A stretch of DNA of 64,000 nt from Octopus vulgaris (taxonomy: Eukaryota), in assembly GCA_951406725.2 (NCBI GenBank), contig OX597816.1, positions 143,282,001 to 143,346,000 of the forward strand. The letters run 5' to 3'. Under the pieces are notes generated by a model. The model was not told the origin of the DNA and did no database searches. It saw only the letters and a program-made list of their open reading frames with translations. The translations under genes and the position numbers were made by a program. Of this stretch, positions 14,118 to 27,180 are shown in pieces (the first letter of the stretch is position 1; every line of letters begins with the position of its first letter).

Positions 14118-15879
14118 CTGAAAGAACGAATATACAATTATTGAATTAAATGTTAAAATAAACAATTGCAGCGTGGTAGGTGTTTATAAGCCATTTAAAA
14201 ACACACAAAAACCGTTAGATTCACTTCAACATCTAAATTTAATTTTTCAAAATATTTGAGACCGTGACCTGTTCACTGACAAAATTCCATGCTTAGAATA
14301 ACAACAGATCACTCACAAACAGGGTGACTCTACATTAAAAGTTGAGTCATCCTGATCTTTAAAATAATTACATTCGTCATAGAACGTAGTGACCAACGGA
14401 AAATACAATATAAGTTCCTATGGCATGCTTTCGATCTATTTACAGCTATTTAATGACACTTTCACGACTGATAGTGTTCAATAGAATGTGAACATTGCAG
14501 TAGTCAGGGTTTTTTTTGTTGTTTTTTTTCTGTTTGGCTGCACTTTTTGAAATTTTAAAATTAAGTGATTTCCAAATTTGGTGTATTGATGTAATTTTTC
14601 ATACTGAATCTCAAGGCTTAATTCACTTGTTCCAGAAAAGTTGTTTAAAAAAGTTACATAGATTTAAAGTTTGATCATTTTTACCCAATCAGAAAACAGG
14701 ATTTTGGAAGCTGTCATTTTGTACATTTTAATATCAAACTGTAAACAAATTAAATATTGGTGGAATTCTGCTTTGTGCATGTATATAACTCCTCATAACT
14801 TATTAATTTTTTTTAGAATTTTCACCAAATTTTTGTGAATTTGTATTCTATGCACAGGAATTCATGATTTTTACAAAAAAAAGTTTGGTGTGTGATTTAA
14901 GGCCTACTTAGCTGTTATTTTTAGCAGATCTCACCACTTCATACCTCATAGCGAAAAATGACCATGGTGCTTGACAAGGCAGCAACAGAGGAGTAAGTAG
15001 CTGGTTAACAGCTTGGCTTGTTACTATGGAAAGGCACCTATATGTCTATGGCTTTTGATTTAATTACCCAAAATTTGCCAACTTTGAATGCTATCAACTC
15101 TTTATTTATTGATTTATAGCAAAAATGAATTTCATGTCAATAATTACAATACAAAAATTTCGTCAACACACCAAATATAAAATCAACTGGAACAAAACTG
15201 AAAAAATTGAAAAGTAGCAGCCAAAGAGAAAAGATCCCAACTGTCTTCTGTCTCTCCTAAAATCAATAATATATTGCCTGTCTGTTGATGGATACTTCTG
15301 AACATGTAAAGGCAAGCACTGTATTTGTTATAGTGTGAAAAAATAAATATAGTGTGAAAAAATAAATATCTATACATTCCACAAGTTATTGTGATGATAA
15401 ACTTAGCTTAGATGGTTGTCACCTCACTCAAAATGCTTAACCAATTCTGTCATCCACTACACTTCAATAATAATAAATACACTGATTTCTAATATAAGAT
15501 AAAACCCAGAATTTGAAGGCAGAGGGTACAGTTCATTTTACTGACTGTACTTGACTGGTTCTTATTTCATCAAGCCCACGCCTAGTGTGATGCAACAAAA
15601 TTCCACAAGACATTATAAATAAAATTCTATTAATTCTGCCATTCACTATCCATAAGTAACAATGATTTCTAAAATAGGTACAAGGCTTCAAATATAGGGA
15701 ATTGGCACACTGTGCAGAGGCACATAAAAAGCAACCACTACACTCTTGTGGTTGGCATTAGAAAGGGCATCCAGCTGTAGAAACCTTGCTAGATCAGATT
15801 GGAGTCTGGTACAGCCTCCTGGCTTGTCAGTCCTCAGTCAAACCGTCCCACATGGAAAGCAGACGTTAAACGATGATGA

Positions 15880-16935
15880 TATTATATTAACCCAGTATAT
15901 GACTGGATTTCTATTTTAACAACTCTGAAAGGATGAAAGAAAAGTTGACTTTGGGAGGATTTGAGTTGAAAACATTAATACCTCAGGGCATTATGTTCAG
16001 TGCTCTACTTAGTCTGCTCATCAACTATCGTCCACCTTGAAATAGTTGTTATAATAATAATAATAATAATAATTCTTTTTAATTTTGACACAAGATCATC
16101 AATTTTCAGATAATTGGTTAGTCAATTACATCAACCCTAGGTACTTATTTTATCAACTCCATCTCAAAAGGGATGAAAAGTAAGTTAACATTGGCAGCAT
16201 TTGAACTCAGAATGCAAAGCCAGAAGAAATGCTGCTAAGTACTTTTGTCCATAATAATAAAAATCCTTTCTACTCAAGACACAAGGCCTGAAATTTTAGG
16301 GGTAGGGGCAGGGGCAGTCGATTACATTGACCCCAGTACACAACTGGTACTTAATTTATCAACCCCGAAAAGATGAGAGGCAAAGTCGACCTTAGTGGAA
16401 TTTGAACTCAGAGCATAATGGCAGATGAAATATCACTAAGCATTTCACCCAGTGTGCTAAAAATTCTGTCAGCTCACTGCCTTAATAATAATAATAGTAA
16501 TAATAATAATAATCCTTCCCACTAAAGGCGCAAGGCTTGAAATTATGGGGAAGGGGACTAGTCAATTACATCAACCCCAGTATTTCACTGGTACTTAATT
16601 TATCAACCCTGAAAGGATGAAAGGCAAAGTTGACCTCAGTGGAATTTAAACTTAGCATGTGAAGACATGAAATGCTGCAAAGCATTTTGCCCAGCATGCT
16701 TACAATTCTGCCAGGTCAATAATCCATTCTACTATAGGCACAAGACCTGAAATTGGAGGGGAGGGGACTAGTTGATTTCATCGACCCCAGTGTTTCACTG
16801 GTAAATTTATTGACCCCAAAAGGATGAAAGGCAAAGTCAACCTCAGTAGAATTTGAACTGAAAACATAAAGACAGATGAAATGCTGCTAAGCATTTTGTC
16901 CAGCATGTTAACAATTTTGCCAGCTCACAAGCCAT
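15880..16935 (-). mobile_element. Array of about 5 head-to-tail SINE family A copies separated by (TAA)n
   Basis: The same core as at 14-711 recurs near 15930, 16170, 16370, 16615 and 16820, with units separated by AATAATAAT tracts. Confidence 0.85.
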
Positions 16936-17456
16936 AATAGTAATAATAATCCTTTTACTCTCAACAGTCATATGAAGCTTTGTGCTATCAGGTAGGATTA
17001 AGTCTGGAATTACTTTGACACTTAGCTGATCTGTTTGGATCAACAAATCCATTCCTTGGCTCAACCAATTTTGTTTCTGCAGTCTTCATATCTGCAAAAT
17101 ACTGGTATTCTGTTCTATGTTGAAGAGGACCATTGCCACCAACTAGCAAATGTTGATTTCTGGGGTCATGTTTATCATTTTTATTTGAAAGACCTTACAG
17201 CTAAACTAAAAGTGGTTGAGGATCAGTTTGTCATTCATTAGTGTGGTTGTCGAGTGCTTTTTGGTCTCATCTTCTGTGGCAAATCTCACCTCTACAGCTC
17301 AATATTTCTTTCCCCCATTTTCACTAAACCAACTTGTAAGCAAAGCAAGCTGGCTTATTTAGTAAACAGGCCAACAAAAATTCAAATACTAAATTTTAAA
17401 ACAACAAATTTCAAACAAAACTTATGAGCCATGAACAAGTGTCCTCTTTTTACAAA

Positions 17457-17457
<1 letters not shown>

Positions 17458-17487
<30 letters not shown>

Positions 17488-17586
17488 AAGAAGAAGAAGA
17501 AGAAGAAGAAGAAGAAGAAGAAGAAGAAGAAGAACAACAACAACAACAACAACAACAAAAAACAAACAAACAACAACAATAACAAC
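17458..17586. repeat. Compound microsatellite (AAG)25 followed by (AAC)n
   Basis: Read directly: AAG at 17458-17532, then AAC-rich sequence to 17586. Confidence 0.98.
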
Positions 17587-17590
17587 TCAC

Positions 17591-17689
17591 TTTGGACAGG
17601 AGTAAATTCTTGTATTTAAGGAGCCATGTGAAAAGAGTTAAACAAGAATTCTGTCGGCTTGAAGTAACACTGAATGCTGATCGTTTTGT
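17591..17689 (-). CDS. KICS2: KICS2 coding exon 6 (TKRSAFSVTSSRQNSCLTLFTWLLKYKNLLLSK)
   Basis: TTTCAG acceptor, AAA|GTGAGT donor, 99 nt, phase 0/0. Resembles human TKKHLFGG...HLFLWLMKLKNMLLAK. Confidence 0.9.
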
Positions 17690-18144
17690 CTGAAATGAAA
17701 TAAAATATATTGTAAATAATAATGATGACTCTACAGTATTGTTTGATGTATTAGCTTTTTGAAATTTTTTTACTTTTTTAATCCATTTTCCATAAAAGTA
17801 TAAATTTATTTTCAATATTGGACCATTTTCTTATGAATCAAGCATATTCTTGAAGTAACTATAAAACAAGTGGCTATGAAATCAGAACTGGTGGTAAAGG
17901 ATTGAAAACTGTTTTCAGGAAGCATATTTATATACTGTTGCCTAAGACAGTGCAATGGCTACATAACCATAAGCTGAAGACCTACCCAACTCAATCCAAC
18001 ATGAAGTTTTAGTTGGATGGAAAAAACATAACATAATAATGATAGTGGTGGTAGTGATCATGATACTTGTGATGCAGAAAAAGTTCTAGAAAACACTCAG
18101 AGGACGATAACTTAGTTTTATAGTAGTGCGCTAACAGTTCCATC

Positions 18145-18540
18145 CGAGCGGGATCACTGCCAGAGTAGTTGTCTGGCTTCTGTGCCGGTGGGCACGTAAA
18201 AAGCACCATTTGAGCATGATAGTTACCAGCGTCGCCTTACTGGCACATGAACAAAACATTCGAGTGTGGTCATTGCCAGTGCTGCTGGACTGACTCCTGT
18301 GTAGGTGGCATGTAAAAAAACACCATTTCGAGTATGGCCATTGCCAGTACTGGCCCTCGTGCCGGTAGCATGTAAAAGCACCCACTACACTCTTGGAGTG
18401 GTTGGTGTTAGGAAGGGCATCCAGCTGTAGAAACTCTGCCAGATCAGATTGGAGCCTGGTGCAGCCATCTGGTTCACCAGTCCTCAGTCAAATCGTCCAA
18501 CCCATGCTAGCATGGAAAGTGGACGTTAAATGATGATGAT
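18145..18540 (+). mobile_element. Repeat family C copy with internal tandem subunits
   Basis: Repeated GTGCCGGTGGCACGTAAAAGCACC subunits and a GGACGTTAAATGATGATGAT tail. Confidence 0.85.
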
Positions 18541-18562
18541 ATAGTAAAGATACATTAGGTAC

Positions 18563-18860
18563 ATCATCATTTTGCATGTTTTCCATGTTGGCATAGGTTA
18601 GACAGTTTGACTGAAACTGATAAGCTGCACCTGGTTCCAGTCTGTTTTGGTCTGTTTTCTATGGCTGATGCCCTTCCTAATGCCAACCACTCCACAGAGT
18701 GTACTGGGTGCCTTTAATGTGTCACTGGCACAGGTGCCTTTTACATGTCACTGGCACAAGTGCCTTTTACGTGTTACTGGCACAAATGCCTTTCATGTGT
18801 CACTGGCACAGGTACCTTTCATGTGTCCCCAGCATTGGCCACAACTACGATTTCACTAAC
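18563..18860 (-). mobile_element. Repeat family C copy, inverted relative to its neighbour, with ~21-bp tandem subunits
   Basis: CATCATCAT tail at 18563; about 5 repeats of GTGTCACTGGCACAGGTGCCTTTTACAT-like units at 18710-18825. Confidence 0.8.
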
Positions 18861-20393
18861 CTTGTGCTTTACAAGATGTTATTTCACAATGAATCAGTCT
18901 ATCAAATGAGCCACAGAGGAATGAGTAGACATCTGGCAAAAAGGTCAGTAATTTGCATTGTGACTAGCACTGAACAATAGCTGAGTCCACCAAACTAATT
19001 AGATACCACAAACTAGAAATAACAAACAGTAAATAATGGCAACACCATAAATTAACATTTTCATTGAATGTTTCACTGAATGTTTCTTAAAATGCCAATT
19101 TGAAAACATCAATGAATTTCTTAATTCTTCAAACAGGTTTCCTATAATCTTTCTATGGGATTCAAAACAACATTTACTCCTACAAGACATAATTTACATG
19201 ATATATAACTCTAATAGTTATATACTCAGACTAAAGCTATGTGTTTGAAATTAACAGGTTTTTGCTTCAGAGTCTAAATAACAAACTTATAAATAAACAA
19301 CTCACTTAACACAATTTTTGATAATTTTTGTTTAGCACAGAGAAAAGTGAATGGCAGAAATGGTAGTGTCCTGGGTTAAATAGATTGTGGTATCTATTTA
19401 AACAACGATGATGATGATATTTAGTTTTTTTCTTTCTACATTCTGAGTTAACATCCAATAAACACATAACTGTTTTCTTTCATCCTACTATGATTTGGAA
19501 TAACTTAAATTCAAATCCTACTGAATGTTGACTTGTGATATGTAACTTTCTCAGTTCATATACATTGACAGTTGACTTCTCTTCTCGTGCCACTGTGATA
19601 TGTATAATTCCCAGTCACACACTGGAGACAATTCAATTACAATCCCTCCCTTACAAATCTGTGATTTTCTGCTAATATAAGAAATCAATATATAAGGGGT
19701 AAAGCTAACAATGTAGTGAACAGAAAAATTTCAATCAATTCAAATTCCACCTGAAATGAAGAGAAAAATCATAAGCATTAATGAAAATTATAACCAAGAA
19801 AGTTAAGGGGCACAACTCTGAAATACGAATTGATTAAAAACTGATTAGGGACATGCAGTCAGAAGTGAGGAAATGAGAATGATCTTTGTTAAGTAGAGTG
19901 ACACCTTGAACACACTTCAGTCTTATATGACCTCCTTAGCAAAGCACAGTTTTATGTGTACTTACCAAAGCTTTAGAAAGACAAAGAATAGAGATTCTGA
20001 GTGTAAAACAATCATTAAGTAATTTAAAGTGGAAATTTTTGCAAGGATGTATCCTGCATGGAGAACATATAGTTAACTGGGGAGCCAACATATTCAAATG
20101 TAGTGAGTTAAAAAAATTAGACAAGATGGAAAAATAGCATATTTTTGGTGTTGAATCAGTCAGTTGGTCACATTTATGAATTCAAGGAATGTGCTAAGGA
20201 GCTGTTGATCCAACGTAAATAACTATAGCTTATTGTTTAGTATCTATACAACTTTTGAAATAAATAAATAGCTGTACTGAATAAGTCAAAAGCCAAGACA
20301 AAATATACAGTCCATATCAATATGTAATTTTTAATGTTTATTGGAAAATAAGTTATCACAATATTGTGCTTGTGTGTATGATTAAATGATTGA

Positions 20394-20432
<39 letters not shown>

Positions 20433-22611
20433 TGAGTGAGTGACAGAGAAACAAAGAAAGAACTAGTGTGTATATATGTGCATGTTGAAAACAGGATTAG
20501 TTCATATAGCTTAAAAACTGCACTCTATGCAGACTTTTAAGCTAGCTCCTGGAGAGAGCTAAATAGCATGAATATAATATGTTTATAATGACTACGTGCC
20601 CCGGTGGTGTTTGATCAGGGGTTAAGGACGGATGAGAATTAATTCTGTAATGCAATCATTCTATTGTTCCAGTCCCCCCAAGTTGAATTCCAACTGTTGG
20701 CCAATTTTTCCCAAAGTTCTTATCTCGATGAAAAATTAACGAAATGAATGTCATTTATCTCCCCCTTAATCTCTGACATCATCTGACAAACAGCAACTAA
20801 GATGGTGTCAATCAGCTAAGCTTTGCCTGCAAAAAATAGCAACCCAAAAGCTTTTAAATCAGATCCCAATGCTGGATGTTCATTGAAGAGCAGATTTTCA
20901 ATCCCAGTATCATCCTCATTCCAAAAAAGCATATATCTATGTAGAGTAAATGTAGACTGAGATACAAAGGTCCCAGACAGACAGAATTTTGCAATTATTA
21001 TTATAGATGTTTTGCTATAAAACAGTGAAATAATTCCCTGAACATAACTGTCTTCAGGTCCAAGGATTCATAGGGCCAGTTACCCACTTTCCATGGAGTA
21101 TAAGTGAGCAAGATCACAACATTCTCTCTGAATGGGATGCTAGTCTGTCACAGAGTTAGTCATTTACAGGTGAGTGGACTGGAGTAACATAAAATGAAGT
21201 GTTTGGCTCAAGAATACAACATACTTCCCAGATTAAATATCTTAACTACAAGCTTATGATTGTGAACACAACACCCTAACTACCAGGCAACATGCTTTCA
21301 CTGTTTTGCTGCATGTTATATAATAAACTTGCTAATTTCTCCATACATTAAAATATAAAATGAATAAAATTTAATATTTTTGAGTTTCATTCATTTAAGT
21401 GATTTGTTGTGAGATCATTTGTTGAGACTAAAACAATTGCGTCACTACTTTGACGGACCAACTTACAATTAGTATGGTTATCTTATATGTACATTCTATG
21501 GCTTAATCACAAATTGTCAAAATTACATTTTTAAGCCCCAGGCAATTAAAATTGGGACTTTGAAAACGAATTACATTACACAGTATATAAACTCAATAAA
21601 AATGAATTTCCATCAGAACATGTTTTGACAACATACAAAACTACTTTCTATTTTTAAAAAGAATATTCAGATGAGAAAATAGAGGATAGAAAAATGAAAA
21701 TAAAATTCCAGTAGGAAAAGAACAAAATAATAACAAGATACTCAATAAATTAAAAACATAACTAACAAGTGAAAAAAAGCATTCTGCCATCAAATATCAG
21801 TAAAGTATTTATAAACTACCTATGATATTTTCAAAGACTCCTCTACTAGAAACATGCATGAACTAGTACAGCATGCAGTATTAAAAATGATTTAAAATCA
21901 CTGCATATTTTTGATTCATTATAATTACAGACAATACCTGATGTTTTTAAAGAATAACATACACACATATTTATCAAGTAATTTGTGATTTCAGACAATA
22001 TTTTCAAGAAGTAGATCCAAAACTCTTATGGAATTAACAACTCATCTTCCAAGGCTTCTAACTTGTCCTTTGTGAAACATTATCAAGAATATTAGTTTGG
22101 ATAGCACCTTACATAACAGTAAAAGTACAATAGTATTCAAAATTCTTTTAGAAGATATTCAAAAAACCAATGACTGCTGGTTAAAAATCACTTGTGACAG
22201 TACTATCACAACTAAGTGTATCAATGGCTTCAGTACCCCTACAGACAATTTGAAATCTCATCAATTTTTAAAATCTAGTAGCAAGTTCCACCACATGGCT
22301 ATAATTGGTAATACTGTGTTTCTAGTATACAAGTCAAACCAAGATTTCCAACCAGAAAAAGTAGGTTGACATATCTATATGGCTTTGAAGTACCAAAAAT
22401 TCCATGTTAAATGCATCAGGATTTGGTAAGATAGTGATGATGTTTGAATATTTACACTACATGTTTACACTATATACTAAGTCAACTTTTATACCGGAAA
22501 ATATAGTATTGAATTAACAAGGGTGTTTCTAAGTGGTCATTCAGCCTACTAGAAATAGTAACCAAACCACGCTTAATTCACACTCTACTGTCTCAAAAAA
22601 TGGTAAGGATA

Positions 22612-22673
22612 GATTGGATAGTATAATGATACATTGGATAGTGTAATGATACATTGGATAGTGTAATGATACA
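22612..22673. repeat. 20-bp minisatellite x3 (ATTGGATAGTGTAATGATAC)
   Basis: Read directly. Confidence 0.9.
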
Positions 22674-24000
22674 TGTCTTTAAAAGGACATGAAGGTTATG
22701 TCTGGAATACTTTTGATCATAGATCTATTTAATCAAGTCTGAGCTGAGGTTCAACAACAAGATTCTGATAATAATAGTATTTTTCTTTCATTATGTGTCT
22801 GAAATATTCCATATAGAACATTTGCATGCTATATCATTCCCTGAAACTATTTCATCTATTACTGCTCTTCTGAGAGACAGTGCTGTCTACTTGGGGAAGC
22901 ACTGGTTTATATTAATAATTAAAACTTAAAAAGTGACAAATAGCTGACCCTATCTAATACATGGAATTTCTGCATGTAATATTAAATTCCTGCCAAAGAC
23001 ACTACAGAGTTTACAGAGTGCCATTTTCATGACAGGCACATATAATTTGCAAGACAAAAAAAGAGATCCCCTCAACTGAGTGGGGCTGTGGCAGAGAGGG
23101 AGGTGGCTTTATGCCAGGTGTTGAGAAACTAAACTATGACAGACACAGGGGTCTGGCTTTAGAGGAGATATATGGCTGTCTCACATTATATGAAGGTGGG
23201 TAGGCGGATAAGTTCATTGGAGTGTGAGAGGAAAGCTAACAGAAGGTTAGAGATGGGGATAGAGGTGGATGTAGTGAAGAGTGCTGAATGGTTAATCAGT
23301 ATGTAGGAAGGGAAAGGGGAAAGAAATAGGAATGGCTAGGAAAGGAGGTGATAAGTGGCAGTACAGGAAGGGTAGAAACGAGTAAATAGATAAGAAAATA
23401 AGGAGATGATGTGGCGGGTGGTAGGAGAGACATATGTACAGTGACTGAGATGGATGTCAGAGGTACAAAGGGATGTCTACAGTGAATCATTGACAAAGTT
23501 GGGGGAGGTTATCAACAGCTGATATGAGAGCGTGCTGAGAATGATAGCAGATAAGAATGAATATTAAAGATGAGGCATAGTCCTAAGATGCAGTTCAGAG
23601 AGAGAGAGAGAGATAACTGAAGGCTTGGAAAAGTGTTATTAGTAGATAATAAAGTGGAAAGGGATGATACTAGGAATAAGGGAGGGATTTTAGAAGGAAA
23701 TAGTGCCAGGAAGAAGGGGAGGCAACTTGCAGCACACGTGAGGATTAAATATGTGCATATTCCACTCATATGATTATAACAGCTGAATAATGAATACAGA
23801 TGAGTAGAGGTATGGGTGTTAGGAAGAGGAGAGGTTGGGAAAGCTTGACAGGGATAGACAGGGTGCCGTTTAAGGGCCCAGTGAGTGTATAAATATAATG
23901 CTTTTAGAGCTTCACTTTTGTCAAAATGAATATTTTGAGATCAGTCATTTATATACTTCTTTTAATAACAATTTTAATTCATACATGTAAGCATAATTAT

Positions 24001-24043
<43 letters not shown>

Positions 24044-24646
24044 GGTGTAAGCACGTAAATGTGAAACAAGGTGGAAAAAAAGTACTCAAATACCAGAAGT
24101 AGAGTAATATGCTTTATTTAAAAAGCAGCAGAAATATGTGAAACTCTGAGTAACAGCTTGTGTTATATTTCTGCTGCTTTTAAATAAAGTATATATATAT
24201 ATATAAATATATATATATATATCAGTTTTAACAAATCCAGTTTTAACTTTTCTTCAACACATTTTTAAAAATGGATGAAGTAAAGAAGGACCAATTATAT
24301 ACAACAATGGTAGCAACGACAGAGGTGGTAGGTGATGGTGACAGCCACAACAATAACAGCAAAAACAACAACACATTTAATAAACTAATTCCTATTCACT
24401 GTGTATTAATATAAATCAATATCTTACTATTTCAGCATTCCTAATATTAATGATGTTAAATATATAGCTTTATTTTATTCAGTTAAAAATAAAGACAATG
24501 TAAAAACTAAAATAAAAGCATATTCTAGTGCAATCTGAAGAATGTATTTCCTACATTATTTGTTTTATCACAGGAAGAGAAGAGGAATTTGCACATCATA
24601 GCATTTTTACATAGATTATTAGAGATTAGATGGAACATTAGTATTC

Positions 24647-24678
<32 letters not shown>

Positions 24679-25659
24679 TGCTTATATATAAGATTACAAC
24701 ATCAAAATAATTAGAAAACATAAAGGAAAGAACTGAGCCACATACAATAACAAGCTACAAGTACAATAGATATAGTTTCAGGCTACTAATAGTGCTTATA
24801 TTAATAATATAGTGGTGAAGATGCTGAAATCATTGTAATGTAAACCATAGAGATACACAGCTCTTCACATCAGAAGAGTACTTTAAAAAAATTTTCTGTT
24901 ATGTGTATGTATAGAGAAGTGTGGTATAACTCACAACATCCAGAAATTTTTTTTAACCTTATCAGTAAGAAACGAACTTAGCATCAAAGAATCTCGAACT
25001 GTACATTCTGTTAAATAAGTTTGAAATGTTTGACTCTTGACTTACATGCTTGGGTATCTAACATCATTAAAATGGATTGCACACACATAATTGATCATCA
25101 ATTTTACATAGATTTCTATGCAAACAAACAAAACAATCCCATTTTCTTACAATAATATTCATACATTCTTTCTTCCTCTCACCCTCTCTTTCTGCCTTTC
25201 TCTTGCCTTCCCCCCCCCCCGTTTACATATCTATCTGTACCAAAACACAAAGTAAAAACATGCATACTGAGTTTCATCCTTACACATCAAGAATTCAAAT
25301 CAATGACTTCAATCATTGTGCTGAGCCAGAATAATATAGCAGGGAATATAAATTCAACAGTGAATTATCTGACCCAAGAATTAAAATAGTTAAATATAAA
25401 AGGTAAAAATTATTTAAAATAATCATTTATACCAATGGCTAGCATGTGTAAGAAAATATCAGTAAACATAAATATTTTTACAATATATATGAGTGTATAA
25501 AATTTAGCATGTAAGAAGACCACATAGTGGTCTTCTCTCTGTGTATAAATTTTATACACCACTCCAGGGGGGAGAAACTAGAAGTAGTTGATAGTTTCTG
25601 CTACCTTAGTAGTAGAGGTGGATGCTCAGAGAGTTTCACAACTAGAACATGAAATAGCC

Positions 25660-27180
25660 TGGGCAAAAAGCTAGAAAGCTTCTATTCCTACTGGCGACAA
25701 AGGGTCTCTCGCTCAGAGTGAAAGGTAGATTGTATGACGCATGTGTGCGAACTGCCATGCTTCACAGTAGCAAAACATGGGCTGTGACTGCAGAGAACAT
25801 GTGTAGGCTTGAAAGAAATGAAGCTAGCATAATCCACTAGCACACACAACAGAGTGTAAGCACCCTGAGAGAAATGCTGGACATAAGAAGCATCGGATGT
25901 GGTGTGCAAGAGAGACGTTTGTGCTGGTATGGTCATGTACTACAGATGGGTGAGGAGAGATGTGTGAAGAAGTGCCACTCCCAAACAGTTGAAGGAATCT
26001 GGGGTAGAGGTAGACCCAGGAAGACATATATATATGGGTCACTCCCCAATCCTGTCCTCTTAACCTCATCTCACTGCATCATTGCTATCTGCTAGCCCCT
26101 GACCTGTGTATTCCACCCACACTTAACAAGAAAACTTTTCACACACCATACCCCAACAAACCAATCTATATTTTCACATCTTTTCTCTTCCTCACATTTC
26201 CTACTTCATGCACTATGCCTAACTCTCACTTCCCAATCTTGTCCTCACAGCCCTGTTTTTCTGTATCATTGCTATCTGGTAGCTCCACCCCACTCTATAT
26301 ACTCAGGTTTTCACCACTCACTTCCCCTCACCACTCTCTAATCATGCTTCTTTGGCAATATCCCACAATTTCAAGGATATGCCCAGGCACTTGCCACCAG
26401 CTATACCTATCTCTGCCTTTACTCAACCATCCCATCTATATTCTGATCCCTGTCCCTTGTGAGTATGCCCAGCACTTTGCTACCATCTCTATCCTGCAGT
26501 CTCCCACTCTCTCTCTCTCTCTCTCTTTCTCTCTCCCTTTCTCCCTGCACTTCCGTCAGGTTGGGTAACCAAGTATCTCCTTTGTAGCAGCACACCTGTT
26601 TCTGTCCTTATTCCAAATCTCTTTCTCTCTTCAACTGGGTAACCTTTTGTACCTTCTCTGCAGCAAGACACCAGTTTCTGTCTTTCTGTTGCACTATAAC
26701 CTTTCATCATCTAACACAAGATCATCTCCTCCAATGCTCCCTCCCCTCTCAAGAGATTTTTGTCTTGCAAGTTACTTGGTGACCCCCGTAACACTCAAAA
26801 AGCATCCAGTCCACACTGTAAAGTGGTTGGCATTTGGAAGAGCATCCAGCTGTAAAAACCCGTGCCACAACTGACCTCACCTGTGTTTGTAGCTACATAA
26901 AAGCGCACTAAGTCCACTTTGCTGAGTGGTTAGTGTTAGGAAGGGCATCTAACTGTAANNNNNNNNNNNNNNNNNNNNNNNNNNNNNNNNNNNNNNNNNN
27001 NNNNNNNNNNNNNNNNNNNNNNNNNNNNNNNNNNNNNNNNNNNNNNNNNNNNNNNNNNTAGTGTTAGGAAGGGCATCTAACTGTAAAAATCCTGCCAAAA
27101 CAGACACAGAAATCTGGTGCAGGCTCCTGTCAAGCCATCCCACTCATGCCAGCATGTAAGGTGGATGTTAAACGATGGTG
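25660..27180 (+). mobile_element. RTE-like LINE 3' fragment, pyrimidine-rich spacer and family C tail (spans the N gap)
   Basis: ORF 25874-26095 carries RRLCWYGHVLQMGEERCVKKC..VEG.WGRGRPRKT, typical of the RTE ORF C-terminus. Confidence 0.75.
26959..27058. other. Assembly gap (100 N)
   Basis: Run of N flanked by an identical 28-mer on both sides. Confidence 0.99.

Noticed and set aside
14500-15180. Weak inverted similarity between ~14575-14600 and ~15152-15177
   Set aside because: Probably an old DNA transposon remnant, but I could not define its ends or a TSD.
17382-17619. Poly-K, poly-F and poly-S ORFs
   Set aside because: These are translations of the (AAG)n/(AAC)n microsatellite; only 17591-17689 is a real exon.
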